DNA of 64,000 nt from Callorhinchus milii. Its lineage: Eukaryota. The stretch spans positions 66,404,001-66,468,000 of the forward strand of contig NW_024704743.1 in assembly GCF_018977255.1 (NCBI RefSeq). Reading direction: 5' to 3'. This document shows, in pieces, positions 37,557 through 50,589 of the stretch. The position numbers were made by a program, and so were the translations under genes. Position 1 is the first letter of the stretch. Each line of letters starts with the position of its first letter. The notes below the pieces were generated by a model. That model did no database searches. It was not told the DNA's origin and worked only from the letters and a program-made list of their open reading frames with translations.

Positions 37557-39262
37557 ATAGGGAATTGGCTGGAGGGTACATGTCAGGGAGTCAATGTGAA
37601 AGGGGTGTTCTCAGGCTCCCCCAATAACTGGTGCTGTATACCGAAAAGAAGATATCCATATTTTCAATCAATTCAAAACATGGAGGTGTGAATGATGGCG
37701 AACAGTGCAAACGTTTCCAAGCAGATATTTATAAATAGATGAATGGGCAGAATATAGTAAGTATAATTCAATGAAGCCCAAACTGATGCTAAAACACATT
37801 GACCATAAAAATAGGGGTTGGAAATAGAAGTTGAATGAAAATGGGAAAAGTTCTAGGATGAAAAAAGGACTTAAGTGTACAGCAAAAAAAACATTAAGAT
37901 TTAATACGCTTGTACAATAGCAATGGCAGGGCAATCGCACAATGCTGATGCATTACAGCTACAGGTCTCAACTACCCTTCCTGGCAATTTGTTTCAGTCA
38001 TTAGTTATCCCTATGTAAAGAAAAACTTCCAGTGTCTGTTCTGAAATTGCTCTTTGCAATTCTAAACCAATACCCACTTGTTCTGCTGCCTTGATGCATT
38101 CAGAAGTATTGTTCCCAGTTTACTTTCTCAATCCCATTTAAAATCATATATACCTCTATAAAGTTTCCTCTGAGACATCTCTTTTCAAGACTGAATTTTC
38201 TAACACTCGGGACCATCCTCATTTCACCCACAAATATATACAGTTAATTCACTTTACAGTATATACTGTGAAACTCTTTGAAATATCTCAAAGTCGTGAT
38301 AAGGCTCTATATAAAAAGCAAGAATTATTAATATTATTATTATTTGTTATTCCCCCCTGCACTGCCTCTGAGACCTGAGCAACCCCCTTACTTTTACAGT
38401 GCAGTGACCAGAATCTACACAATCTTCTAAGTACAACAACAACAACAAGATTCCATTTATTGAGCGCCTTTCACGTCGGGAGGACGTCCCAAGGCGCTGT
38501 ACAGTTGGGTCAGGACCCAAGCAGGGGGGAAATGGTCAGGGTGAGGGGAGGGAAGGGAGGGAGTGAGGAGGGGGTAAAGAGTCAAGAGGGGAGCTGAAGG
38601 CACAGTCAAAGAGAAAGGTCTTGAGACCGGCCTTGAAGGAGGAAAGGGAGGAGGCGGCGAAGGCACTGGGGGATAGAGTTCCAGAGCCTCGGGGCTGAGA
38701 GGCTGAAGGCCCGACCACCGATGGTAGGGCGGTTGGGGCGGGGGATGTGGAGCAGACCGGAGCCAGAGGAACGGAGGGTACGGGCAGGTAGGTAGGGGAA
38801 TAGTAGGTCGGAGTGGTAGGAGGGGGCAAGGCCATGAATGGCCTTGTAGGTGAGGATGAGGATCTTGAATTCGATCCTCTGGGGGATGGGGAGCCAGTGG
38901 AGGCGAGCGAGGATGGGAGTGATGTGGTTGCGAAGCCTGGTGCGGGACAGTACACGAGTTGCAGAGTTCCGAATGACCTGCAGCTTGTGGAGGGAGGTGC
39001 CGGGAAGGCCGGCGAGGAGAGAGTTCCCATAGTCCAGCCTTGAGGTGATAAAAGCGTGGACCAGAGTTTCAGCAGCGTGAGCGGTGAGGTAGTGCCGTAG
39101 TCTGGCGATATTCCGGAGGTGATGGAAGGCAGTGCCAGTTGTGGCGCGGATATGAGGGAGAAAGAACAGCTCAGGGTCGAACAGCCTAACCAGAGCACTG
39201 TACAGATTGAGTATGGACATCTGGAGATCTGAATGCCACCAATTTGGCAATATAGCCCCTGG
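37557..39262. mobile_element. CR1 LINE in two opposed pieces (+ 37557-37947; - 37948-39262) with nested SINE and L2
   Basis: Plus piece IGNWLEG.CQGV.VKG.FS to AN.ML-like; minus piece GYIAK...ILNLYSALVR / LEDCV... / 3' ORF end. Confidence 0.7.
38433..39185 (-). mobile_element. Young L2, 5'-truncated
   Basis: Near-identical to 26458-27215. Confidence 0.93.
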
Positions 39263-41602
39263 ATCCCTTTTGCCTTATTATTGTTGCTTCTGTTTTGACA
39301 TGATGGGAAAATTTATGGAGAATCAGAACCTTTTATCACATACAAGAGTTTCAATCACAGACACTGCCAGTGTAAGAAATTACACAATTTATTGATTTAC
39401 TGCAAACAACCAGCTGAATGTTGATTTACACTGAAGAACTTTGGCTTGCTGAGAACATGGAGAGTGAGAGGAAAGCTCCAGTAACACTAATAAACTAACT
39501 TTGAACTAAATTGTTGCTTGAACTTTCCTCACCAAGCCAAAGTGGCTCAATTGCAGCGCTTTGTCCCCACCCGCTTCATATATGGGAAAGGACGTGCCAC
39601 AGAGTGCACCATTTAATCTCTAATTCAATGAACTCTGTGCCTCCCCTGCCCCCCACCCCCCATCGCCAACCCCATCGGCAAACTGTCCAATAAGCATAGA
39701 TGAAAATGTACATTTCTAAGTGGCTATAAAAGACAAATAGAGAGGAGGCAAGCTACAGGGGTGGAGGGAGGGATTTTCAGAGGGTGGAGAAGAACACAGA
39801 CTTGGTGAGCAGTAAGGGCATAGAGAGATAATAATAATCCTTTCACTTAATACAGTGCCTTATCATGTAATTGAGACGTCTCAAAATGCTTCACAGGATT
39901 TTACTGTGAAGTGCAGTGACTGTGCTTTTATAAGCAATTTGTTTTAAACCTTGCTTCAGCTCAATATTACACCACCTAACATAAATCATTGTTGCCAGGT
40001 TCAGTTATTTATTGTGAAAAAAAACAAAAGAAACAGGCAGGAATGGTAAAGGACGCTCATGAGAGGGATTTGTAGCTGAGGGTAATAACATTATATAGCA
40101 CAGCAATAGAATCTGTAAATCTATTTGATTTGTATTGCATCGCAATACAAAACTATACATTATACACCATGTATCTTCTCCTAAGACTTTTTATTGATAA
40201 AAAACACACAAATGGCATAAGAATATATAGCACACACTGGAGTATAATTGAAGTAATTATTGACTAAAATGTACTTTTAAATAAATAATCCTAATTTTCC
40301 TCTCAAATGTCCACCGATATTTAAAGGTCTCCATTATTTGCAAAGAAATCACCAGTTTTGTTTTACTATATTTGTACCACCAAAAATTAGAGTGCTTCAA
40401 CTCCCACAGCTTTGGCCCAGTACTGCAGTGTTCTCTGAACTCCCATTTAGCACCCGGTGAAACAAGACACAAATAGAAAACAAACCACTTGGTAAAAAAT
40501 AGTAGGCAGCCACTTAGTGTTCTGAATAACATTTCATTAAAATGAAAGCAAACACGAGTCTTTTATATTCCATCAAGTAGCTCAATTCCAATTTAAGATG
40601 TGCTTATCCGTCCACTGATGTTCCAATTCAAATCGTCGCACTTTAGTTCCCTGTCAAATTAGAAACCAATTTCATTCAAGCCACAGGGAGCACATCATCA
40701 TCTTTATATAAAATACAATCGAACAGTAGATCCTGTGCTTTTATTCTTAATTTTTTTAATATAAATAACTCCCCTCCCCAAATGGTATCATTCACAGTCT
40801 TCATGGCAATCGCACGCTACCTGGAACCACTGCGAAAGTTGTGGTGTTGGCAAAACTGAATCAAGGCATCTCAGGAAATAGTCAAACACATTCTATCTTG
40901 AACAATTGCTTTGGATGGAATAATTTAATTAAGAAATGTATTATTTGATTTTTTGTGCATTTTTGTGCAAGCATAATAATTTGGTAGATGATGAACTGCA
41001 AAACCCTCTTAATCCATCCCTGATGATAAATACTCCTGATGGTTGCATGGGTACACCCTATTGAGTCTCTCACTTGTGGCATACATGCATCATTTTACCC
41101 TCAGTTCCAGTGCCCAGCTAGAATTGTCAAACAGTTTGGGACGTCCTTCCCACTTGAGGGGCAGTATTTAAGTATAAATTGTATTGTATTTCCACTTCTC
41201 CACTGTGGTGATTGCTTTCAACATATTTCACACAGTATAAGAATGGAGACTTTTATCCCTTCAGTCCGGGCTGGATATTTGTATCTCCGATCCTGAGCTG
41301 GAAGTACCAAATTAGATGAACAAATGATACCACTGCACAACTCATTGCCTCTACAGTTTTATTTTCAACTTTATGAAACTACACAAAAGCTATACCTATA
41401 TATTATAATCAAATTCATACCCAGTCTTGTGTACACCACTCGTAAATCGTATACTTGTGAAGTAGTCCATCAAGCAGAAAGAAGTTTTATATAGGAACAA
41501 ATGTGTGTAGCAGTGAATGCTTGGCAGGAAGTATCAATATAATTCATTTTTGCAAATGAGTCTGTCTCCTGTTCATCTCTATGTCTCTTTGAACCTTTTT
41601 AT

Positions 41603-41975
41603 AATAATAAATAATAATCCTTGCATTTGATATAGCGCCTTATCACGTCTTCAACACATCTCAAAACTCTTCACAGAATACACTTTAAAGTATATTGATT
41701 GTACATTTTGTGGCCGAAACAGGGCAGTCAATTCTCATAGCTGTGTCCTATAAACAGTGATGGACTGAGAGACCAAATTATTATTATTTTTTTCGAAGGA
41801 ATTATTACCCCTGGAAAAGTGATGTGCCAATCGACTAACAACCAGGTACCTACTTACTGCTCGGTAAACAAAGTTGTGTGGAGTAAGGAAACCTGGCATT
41901 TTGTCCTGCCTGGGAATCAAACCCAAATCCTCTCGTTAGAGAGGCAAGTGCTCTAACCACTAAGCTGCGGGACTT
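41603..41975 (-). mobile_element. tRNA-derived Deu-SINE, long variant
   Basis: Head, tttgtttaccgagcagtaagtaggtacc segment, Deu-like core, (ATT)n tail. Confidence 0.8.
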
Positions 41976-43269
41976 TTTATCCATCATTTCCCATTTATGT
42001 GCCCTTCTTCATCCTTATCATGACATTCTGTGGTTTATTCTCTATGTGCCTCTCATTCTGTCTTTATCTAATGAGTCTACGTCCTTACAAAATAGGCTAC
42101 GGTCATGCAATTGATATATTATGAACGCCTTGGGACGTCCTCCCGACGTGAAATGCGCTATACAAATGTAATCTGGTTGTTGTTGTTGCTTTCGCCGAGG
42201 ATAGAGGAAGAAATCTGAAATCCGGGAGTGCGGCCTCTATCAAAAATATTAAATTTCTGAGACTTAGGGTGAAACTGTGTGTTTCATAATACGTTCAATG
42301 TAATAATTATTTTACTGAAAGCATTATGAAATGCTACACATTTACACTCTATCCTGAACTATCACAATTCATTAACCCCCACTTCCACATTCCCACGTCC
42401 TCTTCGTGTCTATTAAGAAGAATGACAACCTCAGCTTTATTTTGGGAGTCAATCAAAAGTATGATTTTAAGTCTTGAAGCAGCAGCTGAATGCTACTTCA
42501 CCAGATGCCTTCTGAATTAATTCAGATGAAGAAATCTGTTAAGAAGTACCTCAAATTTAATTGAAATTTGTGTTAAACTAGAAATATTAATAATAATCCT
42601 TGCATTTGATACAACACCTTATTGTGTCATTTGGACATCTCAAAGCGCTTCACAACATTTTACTGTGATATGTAGCAACATTTTGCACACAACAATGTTC
42701 CATAAAGAGCCATGAAATAAGTAATTTATTTTAACTGGGTGATTTTGCCCAGGGCACTGCAATGGAGTGTCATTCTAGACTGTGAGCTCAAAGTTCCAAA
42801 ATAATTTACAGATACAAAAATAAAATATTTTATGAATTACTGGAACAACCTGTTATAGTATAATGCTGCTTTGCTTCGAGTGTGGGTTTAATCTGAACCC
42901 GTACAAACCAGCCTGCTTCTGATTCTGACTAGCTGGCTTCCCGTGCTAAAGAAATAGACAATTTCTGTGTCATCGGGTCACCACTAACTCATGTGTTGTG
43001 CATTGGCGTCACTTTGCAAAGGACTTGCAATAGTTAATAAATGCCGATAGTTGAGGAAGTAGTCTAAATTCACAGCATCTGGTAATGTGGGCAATAATAC
43101 GGATCATCATCACTGCATCCTGTATAAAGTCACTTAGCACAAACAGTCAGTACAGGAATAAAAATTCTTAATTAGTAACTGTAATTCCATTAAACCATTA
43201 TAGAGATTTTTTTTGCTGGTTCTGCTGTTTACAAGGGTAATAACAGTAACAACAATTCAAACAATTGCA

Positions 43270-43470
43270 ATGTTTCAGCCTCTCTACTGCCACCCTTTGG
43301 AACTCCATCCCACAGTCCCTTTGCCTCAATCCCTTCCTTGCCTCCTTCAAGGCAGGTCTCAAGACCCTTCTCTTCGACCTCACCTTCGGGCACTATCCTA
43401 GTCCTACGCGCCCTGCCCTCCTATCCTCCCCAATCCCAAACCTTCTCGGGTCAAAATCCCTGACCGTCCA
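43270..43470 (+). mobile_element. L2 3' fragment
   Basis: FSLSTATLWNSIPQSL...FKAGLKTLLFD. Confidence 0.75.
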
Positions 43471-43671
43471 GCGCCATGTCCGCACTGTGTCGGTGGAGGC
43501 TGAGAAGCTCCTTAAAATCAATCCAGTACAAACATCCAGTATAACATTCACCCATTCCCACATTGCCAACTTTGAAATCTACACTTCAGCAGCTCAAAAA
43601 TTATTGTTCATCTTTGTCTTTGTTAATCTTATTCTGTCAAATTAAAACATGTGCAAATGTTTACAGCCTAC

Positions 43672-43798
43672 CTGCGCAGCCCAGAGGTAGTCTAATCGTA
43701 ACTTCAGGTCCAGCTGTCTGGAATGAAGGGCCAGTGCACAAGTGAAGAGTAAGATTGCCAAAATCGGTTCGTATCCTCGTATGTAAAATGAGCCACCC
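43672..43798 (-). CDS. ADCY1: ADCY1 exon (approx. 14), last TM helix
   Basis: ctgaag|G GGT...GCG CAG|gtaggc; 127 nt; GGSFYIRGYEPILAILLFTCALALHSRQLDLKLRLDYLWAAQ. Confidence 0.95.
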
Positions 43799-43944
43799 CT
43801 TCAGAGAAGAGCACAGAAAGAACATCATTTAGTTTTTTACTGTTAACCAAACTTGTGTACAAATGATTAATGTATTTCAGTATGTTCAAAAAATCAACAT
43901 GCAATCAATAAGCCCAAACAAGTACATAATCTTGTAAGATTACA

Positions 43945-44090
43945 CAGTTAAAAGCCAGTTCTTTTTAATAACTGTGAAAAAATGGCTTCCAAATTAAGAA
44001 TGAATTTAAGAATTTTTACAATTCTGTGCAATCGTAGATTTTATCACAAAATATTCTTACAGGATAAGATACGGTGAAAGTTTAGCACAT
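43945..44090. mobile_element. Fold-back MITE (right half)
   Basis: ggcttccaaattaagaatgaatttaagaattt...caaaatattcttacaggataagatacggtgaaagttt. Confidence 0.65.
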
Positions 44091-44223
44091 TATACTTAAA
44101 ATAATGAGCTAATATGTCGAGTATACTTATATCTAGAAATGTATTTTGTTTTGCATTAGAGAAAGCAAAATCGTATTAGTTTTACAGATTATACCTTATT
44201 TAAACACTATAAATTGACATTAA

Positions 44224-44532
44224 AATAATAATCCTTGCATTTGATATAGCGTTTTTCACATCTTCTAGACATCCAAAGCGCTTCACAGAATATACTGTAA
44301 AGTGAATTGAGTGTATACTTGTAGGCGAAACGCGGCAGCCAATTGCGCACAGCAGTGTCCCACAAACAGTCGTGGATTGAAGTGACCAATTTATTATTGT
44401 TTTTTTTCTTGAAGGATTATTATCAGGCGTGTGGAGTAAGGAAACTTGCCCAAAGTTTCACCCTGCTGGGAATCAAACCCAAGTCTCTCACTTGCGAGGC
44501 GAGTGCTCTAACCACTGAGCTATGGGACTCCA
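44224..44532 (-). mobile_element. Young Deu-SINE, full length
   Basis: Reverse complement of the 23510-type element. Confidence 0.92.
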
Positions 44533-44907
44533 CTATTATGAGCAACTGTTTAAACTACAGAGTGCTATCGTGAATTGTGCTTTTGTTTCTCTTACAGTTT
44601 AATTAATGTAACTGCCCATTATATAAAACCATATTAATTAGACAGAAGACAAGTTCCACTTTTATCTGAAGTTTGAGAATACACGAGAGTGAAGAGAAGA
44701 GATTTTGATTTATATCTCATTCTTCTTCAGTATAGTTTCATAGACACCAATTGGCTTGGGATTATGATGGATGGAAGACCAAATACCAATAAAAAAAATG
44801 TGCCAAAGTGCATTGTATGTTTCTATATTTCTATGATTCTGGAACTTCACCCAAGCAAACTATTATTTGCATGTTGAGCTTTGACACCAGAATATGGTGA
44901 CACTTAC

Positions 44908-45164
44908 CCCACTGCTCTTCTGTATCCGCTAATCTCAAGAACAGTTATGTATAATATTGTGACAAGGAGGAGCAGAATCATTTTTGGCAATGAAGATATG
45001 CGCAAGAATATTGCGAGACTTAGTGTTCCAACAACACAAGCGAGAAAAGAGTAATGGGCAGTTTCACAGGGCTTTTCAGGCATTGTTTTATTTACGCCAT
45101 CCGGGTCAATGATAACAATAGAACTGCTGGAGTTGTTAGTCCATATCCAAGGCATACAGCCGAC
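44908..45164 (-). CDS. ADCY1: ADCY1 exon (approx. 13), extracellular loop plus TM helices
   Basis: gtacag|GTC...GTG GG|gtaagt; 257 nt; VGCMPWIWTNNSSSSIVIIDPDGVNKTMPEKPCETAHYSFLACVVGTLSLAIFLRISSLPKMILLLLVTILYITVLEISGYRRAVG; N-x-S/T sequons in the loop. Confidence 0.95.
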
Positions 45165-45369
45165 CTGTACAAGACACAATAATAAGCATTAGCATTCCTT
45201 TCTGCAATATATTTAGTATAACCTATTTCTGTGACCTTCTATAACCCTATCAACCCAATTGTTCCCTTCACTCAATGAACATTGGCCTGCTTATATCCCC
45301 TGTCCTATCCTCCTTACCATTCACAGGCTAGTTTGCTTCACAGCAACCATACCTATTTGCCAAAGCCCC

Positions 45370-46322
45370 TCGCATGAGGACTTGGATTAAGCAGCTAGTG
45401 CTGAGTAAGCCTGGTACGCGGAACTGGATTGTATCTCGAGAACATCAAAGTTACTAGCATGTCACAAGCTGTCCTGTAAAGGTTCGCCCATCAGGATGAA
45501 GGCAGATGTCTGCCAGATAGCTGATGAGGAATCTCTGAGGCTTGGGGCAATAGCTGCTGCAAGGCATTACCTAGAGTCCCAGTTTGTGGAAATACATTTG
45601 TATACACAGTTCCTGGAATCCACCTTGATTGGTTTGCAGAGAGGCAAGTAGCTGCTGCTTAAACTGCACACTTTCAATTGGTTGGACCGTCGCTCAAGGG
45701 GAAGGGACGTGTGCCTGAGCTCCAGACAGGAAGATGGTGGTAATGCTCTCACACATTTCATGCTGAGCAGTGTGGCCCACTGGGAAGCTCACAGGGAGTT
45801 CCTGATACCTACCATCTAGTGAAGGTTCAAACCTGCGCTTGTCGGATGTCAAATAATGAACTTGTGACTATCCTCTTTCGGGGAGTGGGGGAAGGTAAGT
45901 GAGTTCTCCTCCAGGTCACTGATAATGACAGTACAAGCCTGGCTCGTCGGCAAGACTTGGAGTGGCAAACCAGTCACTGAGTGATCCTAGCTAGACAAGC
46001 AGCAGGAAAGCTTGCCAAAGAGTGCTATCAATAGCAAGCTATGTGGTTTTAGCTGGTTAGAGTCCAGCAGTAATCCAACACACACTCTGGGGTCCCCAAA
46101 CCTTGGGTCTTGCCAACCTGCGCCTTATACTTTCCGGAATTGGGTAAGCAGGATATGTCCCTCCAGGGAGAGAGAATGCACATTCCTTTCCAACAATCTA
46201 TCTCTGGGATTTTCATGTGTAGGTGAGATGCATTGAATTCTCAGTTTGGTTTGGATATTCTTAAGCCTGGTGATGGGTTTCCGTATGTGTCCGGCACCCA
46301 ACTGACAAAAACCAAAAAAAAA
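45370..46322 (+). mobile_element. Unnamed RTEX-like non-LTR element (copy 4, longest)
   Basis: Decayed frame ...QRGK*LLLKLHTFNWL...DVCLSSRQEDGGNALTHFMLSSVAHWEAHREFL, then putative 3' UTR ending aactgacaaaaaccaaaaaaaaa. Confidence 0.65.
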
Positions 46323-46477
46323 TCACAGGTGAGCATTCAGAGATTCTGGTCTTGTTCTCTAGACCTGCATCCCAGAGTGATCCAACTTGTTCCTTCCCTC
46401 CCCTCATTGAAGATCCTCCAGATATGGAAGGTGTTATATAAATGTAAACTGTATTGTATATCATGGCACTTGCTTAC

Positions 46478-46567
46478 CACACATCCCTGGGCCACAGAGT
46501 AAGTTAAGACCACTATGAAGACACAGATAATTGTTCGAATTTGTATCGTCAGGCACCCTGGAAAACA
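46478..46567 (-). CDS. ADCY1: ADCY1 exon (approx. 12)
   Basis: ctttag|TGT...TGT GTG|gtaagc; 90 nt; CFPGCLTIQIRTIICVFIVVLTYSVAQGCV. Confidence 0.95.
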
Positions 46568-48319
46568 CTAAAGAGATAACAGGTTCTTATTTTACTGAAC
46601 AAACCTGTGTGACATTTCAATAACGATCTTGATAATTCCTAGCTTGATTTGCTTAGTGCTGTAATATATATTTATTGCTCATTACAATAACAGTGTAGAA
46701 AAGCTAGTAAACAATTTAGTAGCTAAATCCCACATCAGGCAATATTTTACCAATTACCTAAAATTCAAAAGTTCACGTTATTATACTTTTTTTTAGTCAG
46801 GATAATATCTGTAGCCTATCCATGCTGACAACCTAGATGTTCAAATGGTTTTGTGCTTATCCAGTTGAATGGCTTACATTCAATTTAATATATATATGCA
46901 CAGGGAATGTAAAAGCTGTTAAAATATTTCTTCTAATGTCTATTCAATGGGATTAGTTTTCCTGTGGTCGAGTGTAACAGAGATGCATTGAAGAAGCACA
47001 TGTGGACAAATTCCTTTCAGTCACATATTATATTCTCACTGAACCTAAGGATGCAATTTGCAAATTTAAACCAAAGAAGAAATAAAACCTCCAAAACATA
47101 TTTTGAGTTAGAGGGAAGTTTTCAAATGTGCAAAATGTCAGGTGCATATTAATTGCAGACAGCCTGTTCAATATAGTTTAAGCCGAGACTCCAATGCATT
47201 GCTGGAGGTGTACTCCATTGTTGGAGGTATCGTCTTCAGATGAGATGTTACACTCCGTCTGCCTGTTCAGGTGGACATTAAAGATCCCATGGTACTATTT
47301 GAAAGAAATATTTTTTGGAGCATGATAAAATATTGCCTGAAACATTAGTTCATTGCCCTTCACAACTGTAATTATTTAGATATTTTTGTACATGTTGAGA
47401 ATGTTGAATGTTATGTTCAAATGATACTTTATAAAAGTAAGGACAGAAGCAACTTATTTTCCAGAAAGAATGTATGTTTTGTATACACTGGTACAGTTCC
47501 TACTTAAGTGTCTGCAATATTTGCTACATATTCATGAGATTTGTTATGGGCAAATACAACTATATCTGGAGCCAAGCAGATGTCAACTTTGGCTTGAACA
47601 TTAACTATGCAGTCACATGGGAAAACATAAGCATATTTATTGTTATAATACAGAATATTTTCCTCTGAATTGTGGGGAGTGGGGTGTAGGGAGATAAGCA
47701 TCCAAGCCTGTGTAAAATTGAAATTTGCAAAGTCGGAATCCCTAGATATGACAAAACCTTCAATCTGGAGGAATCACTTGAAGTTAAAGTTTATTTATAG
47801 TGATGATAAAGTTCAGCCGAGCAAAAAAGAGAAACACTGGATTCAGAATGCTAGTTCAAAGAATTCAAAGGCATGGAAACCACTCTGCTGAGGGGTGGGA
47901 GTGGAGAGAGACAGGATATCCATGGTGAGGAGGAGTATACATTAACCAACTTCTGAAATCTTCATACAATAGAATATTTTTTGTAGCAAGAAATCTGAAA
48001 TTGTCAAACTGGTGAGAACCATGAAAAGAGTCACTGATTTAGGTGAGCAAAATATGCCAAGGGGTGAGTGATTGAATTAGAAATGGGTTTGATAGGCAGG
48101 TACAAGGAAGCCAATGGGTCTGCCATGATAGAACTATCAGTGCATCGTTTAGAGATGATAGAGGTGAAAAGTGTTTGATACAGAAACAATCAGATTGGAA
48201 GCAATGAGAGGAAAGAGTTCCAGCAGCTATTAACTTTGGTGATGGTTTGCGCTCGATGCTGTAGTCATGTTGTTTAGAGAGATAGGAAATAGAAATCATA
48301 TTATTGCTCATCCAGCCAC

Positions 48320-49045
48320 ATTCAAATCTTTGTTCGATCCTCAACTGTCTTTCTCCCCATATCATGCCATGACCCACTCTGCCTTCCCCCACCTCCTCAA
48401 CAATGCCCGACTCTGCCACTGCCTCACTCCTCAGGCCACCAAAACCCTCATACACGCATTCGTCACCTCAAAGTTCGACGACAGAAACTCCCTCCTTATC
48501 GGCCTCCCCAACTCTTCCCTCCACAACCTGCAGATCATCCAGAACTCTGCAGCTCGTGTCCTCTCTCGCACCAGGCTCCGTGACCCTATCGTCCCCACTC
48601 TCGCCCGGCTCCACTGACTCTCCATCCCTCAGAGGATTGAGTTCAAAATCCTCGTCCTTACTTTCAAGGCCACCCAAAGCCTTGCCCACTCCTACATCTC
48701 TGACCTGCTGACTCCCTATCAACCTTTTTCGCTCCCTCTGTTCATCAGGCTCCAGCCTGCTGAATGTCTCCCGCCCAACCCGCCTTACCATCAGCAGCCA
48801 GGCTTTCAGCCTCTCTGCCCCCACCCTTTGGAACTCCATCCCACAATCCCTTCACCTTGCTCTCTCTGTTGCCTCCTTCAACGCACCACTCAAGACCCTC
48901 CTTTTCAACCATCCCTTCAGCCGCCGTCCTACCTCTCTGTCCTTCCCTCACCCCAACCCTGCTCCCCACCCCAAGCTCAGATCCTGATCCTCGACTGTTC
49001 AGCGCTTTGGGATGTCCTCCTGACGTGAAAGCACTTTTCCAAATG
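48320..49045 (+). mobile_element. L2 3' fragment
   Basis: LFDPQLSF...IHAFVTSKFD...QNSAARVLSRTR...; tail ttgctgttgttgttg. Confidence 0.9.
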
Positions 49046-50589
49046 TAATTTTGCTGTTGTTGTTGTGCCCATAATGAAAACATAATTGTCAAAACATTTG
49101 ATGTCGTTGTTAGAAATGAAATTAGCAGAGTGGGGACTAGGTGCTCAGAGGGATAAATATTACAGTGGACGAGAGGGATGGAGAAATTTAGGTACTCATT
49201 TCATGATGTCAGTTCCCAAATGTTAAGATCAAGAGAAAGCAGAAGACAGTAGTTCAATGCTGGTTAAGGGGTATATCTAAATCATCACCTTAACTTTCAT
49301 TTTCAGGTGCTGACAGACCTGTTCATTTCAAGAATTTTAGTTTGTTCTTGACTTCAGGTCCAAAGAGCATCTTTACATCTAAGACTATACTTTAGTGACT
49401 TGAAGCCTCAGGCAGTTTTGGTGATCCTGCAAGCATCTGAAAATGTCAAAGATGATTGACTCCATGGCTCCAGTTTGATTAGCTCAGGTTACACTAAAAA
49501 CTCTAAGCAAACAGCAAATACATTTAAAAGTGTATTATATGAGATTTGTTTCAGTAGCTTTTTTAAAAAAATAACAGGACATATTTTCTAAGAATTATAG
49601 GTACAGAAATGGTTATAATACAAAGCACTACTGTTTGTAAAACTGCTATCATTTTTAAACTGGCAACATGAAGAGGATTCGTAACTGTAAATTGTTTTAA
49701 ATACATATTTCGAATTAGCCACAAGCACAACCTGTTCTAAACACATATGCTATTACCCAAAGTTTAATATGTTTCTCAGGCAATTCTGCAACCCTGCATG
49801 TAATGATTACTAGCATGAAATCCCAATGCAAATAGAGCTCACAGCATCAACTTTGACAATATCAACAGGAGTTAAAGGAAATCCCAGAATAAGTATTTTT
49901 CAAATTTCAACACAGAATGGATTCTGTATTAAATCACAGTCTCAAAAAGTTTAAAATACTAAATTTACACTTTAAGCTGAAAAGGTCTTTAGACTCTGAG
50001 AAATTTAGAACCATAGAAATTTACGACACAGAAGAAGGCCACTTAGTCCCCATCATGTCTGTGCCGGTTCTTTTCAGAGATATCCTTTCTGTCCCATTTA
50101 CCTGCCCATTCCCCATACCCCTGTAGGTAACTCCTTTTAAAAAAAGTATATAGAATTATTATAGAGTTAATATTATTTCCTTTTGTTATTTCATATGAAA
50201 TGCTTCATGGAAAAATGTCCTATTCAATAGATCATATGACAGGCATGATATAGTCAAGTGAAGGACTGCAGGGTGGGGGTAACTTTTCTCTCCAAACTAG
50301 CAATGAAAGCTATCTCTGCCTCCTTGGTTTTAATTCTGATATTCCAAAAATACATTTTAAGTGCTGCTTCACACCACCGAGTCAAAATGAGTTTTCGAAT
50401 CATAACACTGACAACTGGAGTTTACTTAAAGAATCATGTCAATGGATTAAAAAAAACCTCAAATAAAATGTTACTCTTGGAGGAATGTGCTCAGTTTTTG
50501 CATCCATATGTCCAAAAGTATAATGGTAGAAAGGTACAACTAAGGGCTACAAGACAGTCCTTAGCCTAAGGCGTTATGATGTAGAACTA

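Noticed and set aside
37557..39262. Twin-priming 5' inversion of the CR1
   Set aside because: The inverted 5' piece sits next to the 3' end of the other piece, the opposite of twin-priming geometry
45515..45550. Hammerhead ribozyme core (CTGATGAG)
   Set aside because: No downstream GAAA or supporting stems visible; it lies within the decayed coding frame of the RTEX-like element
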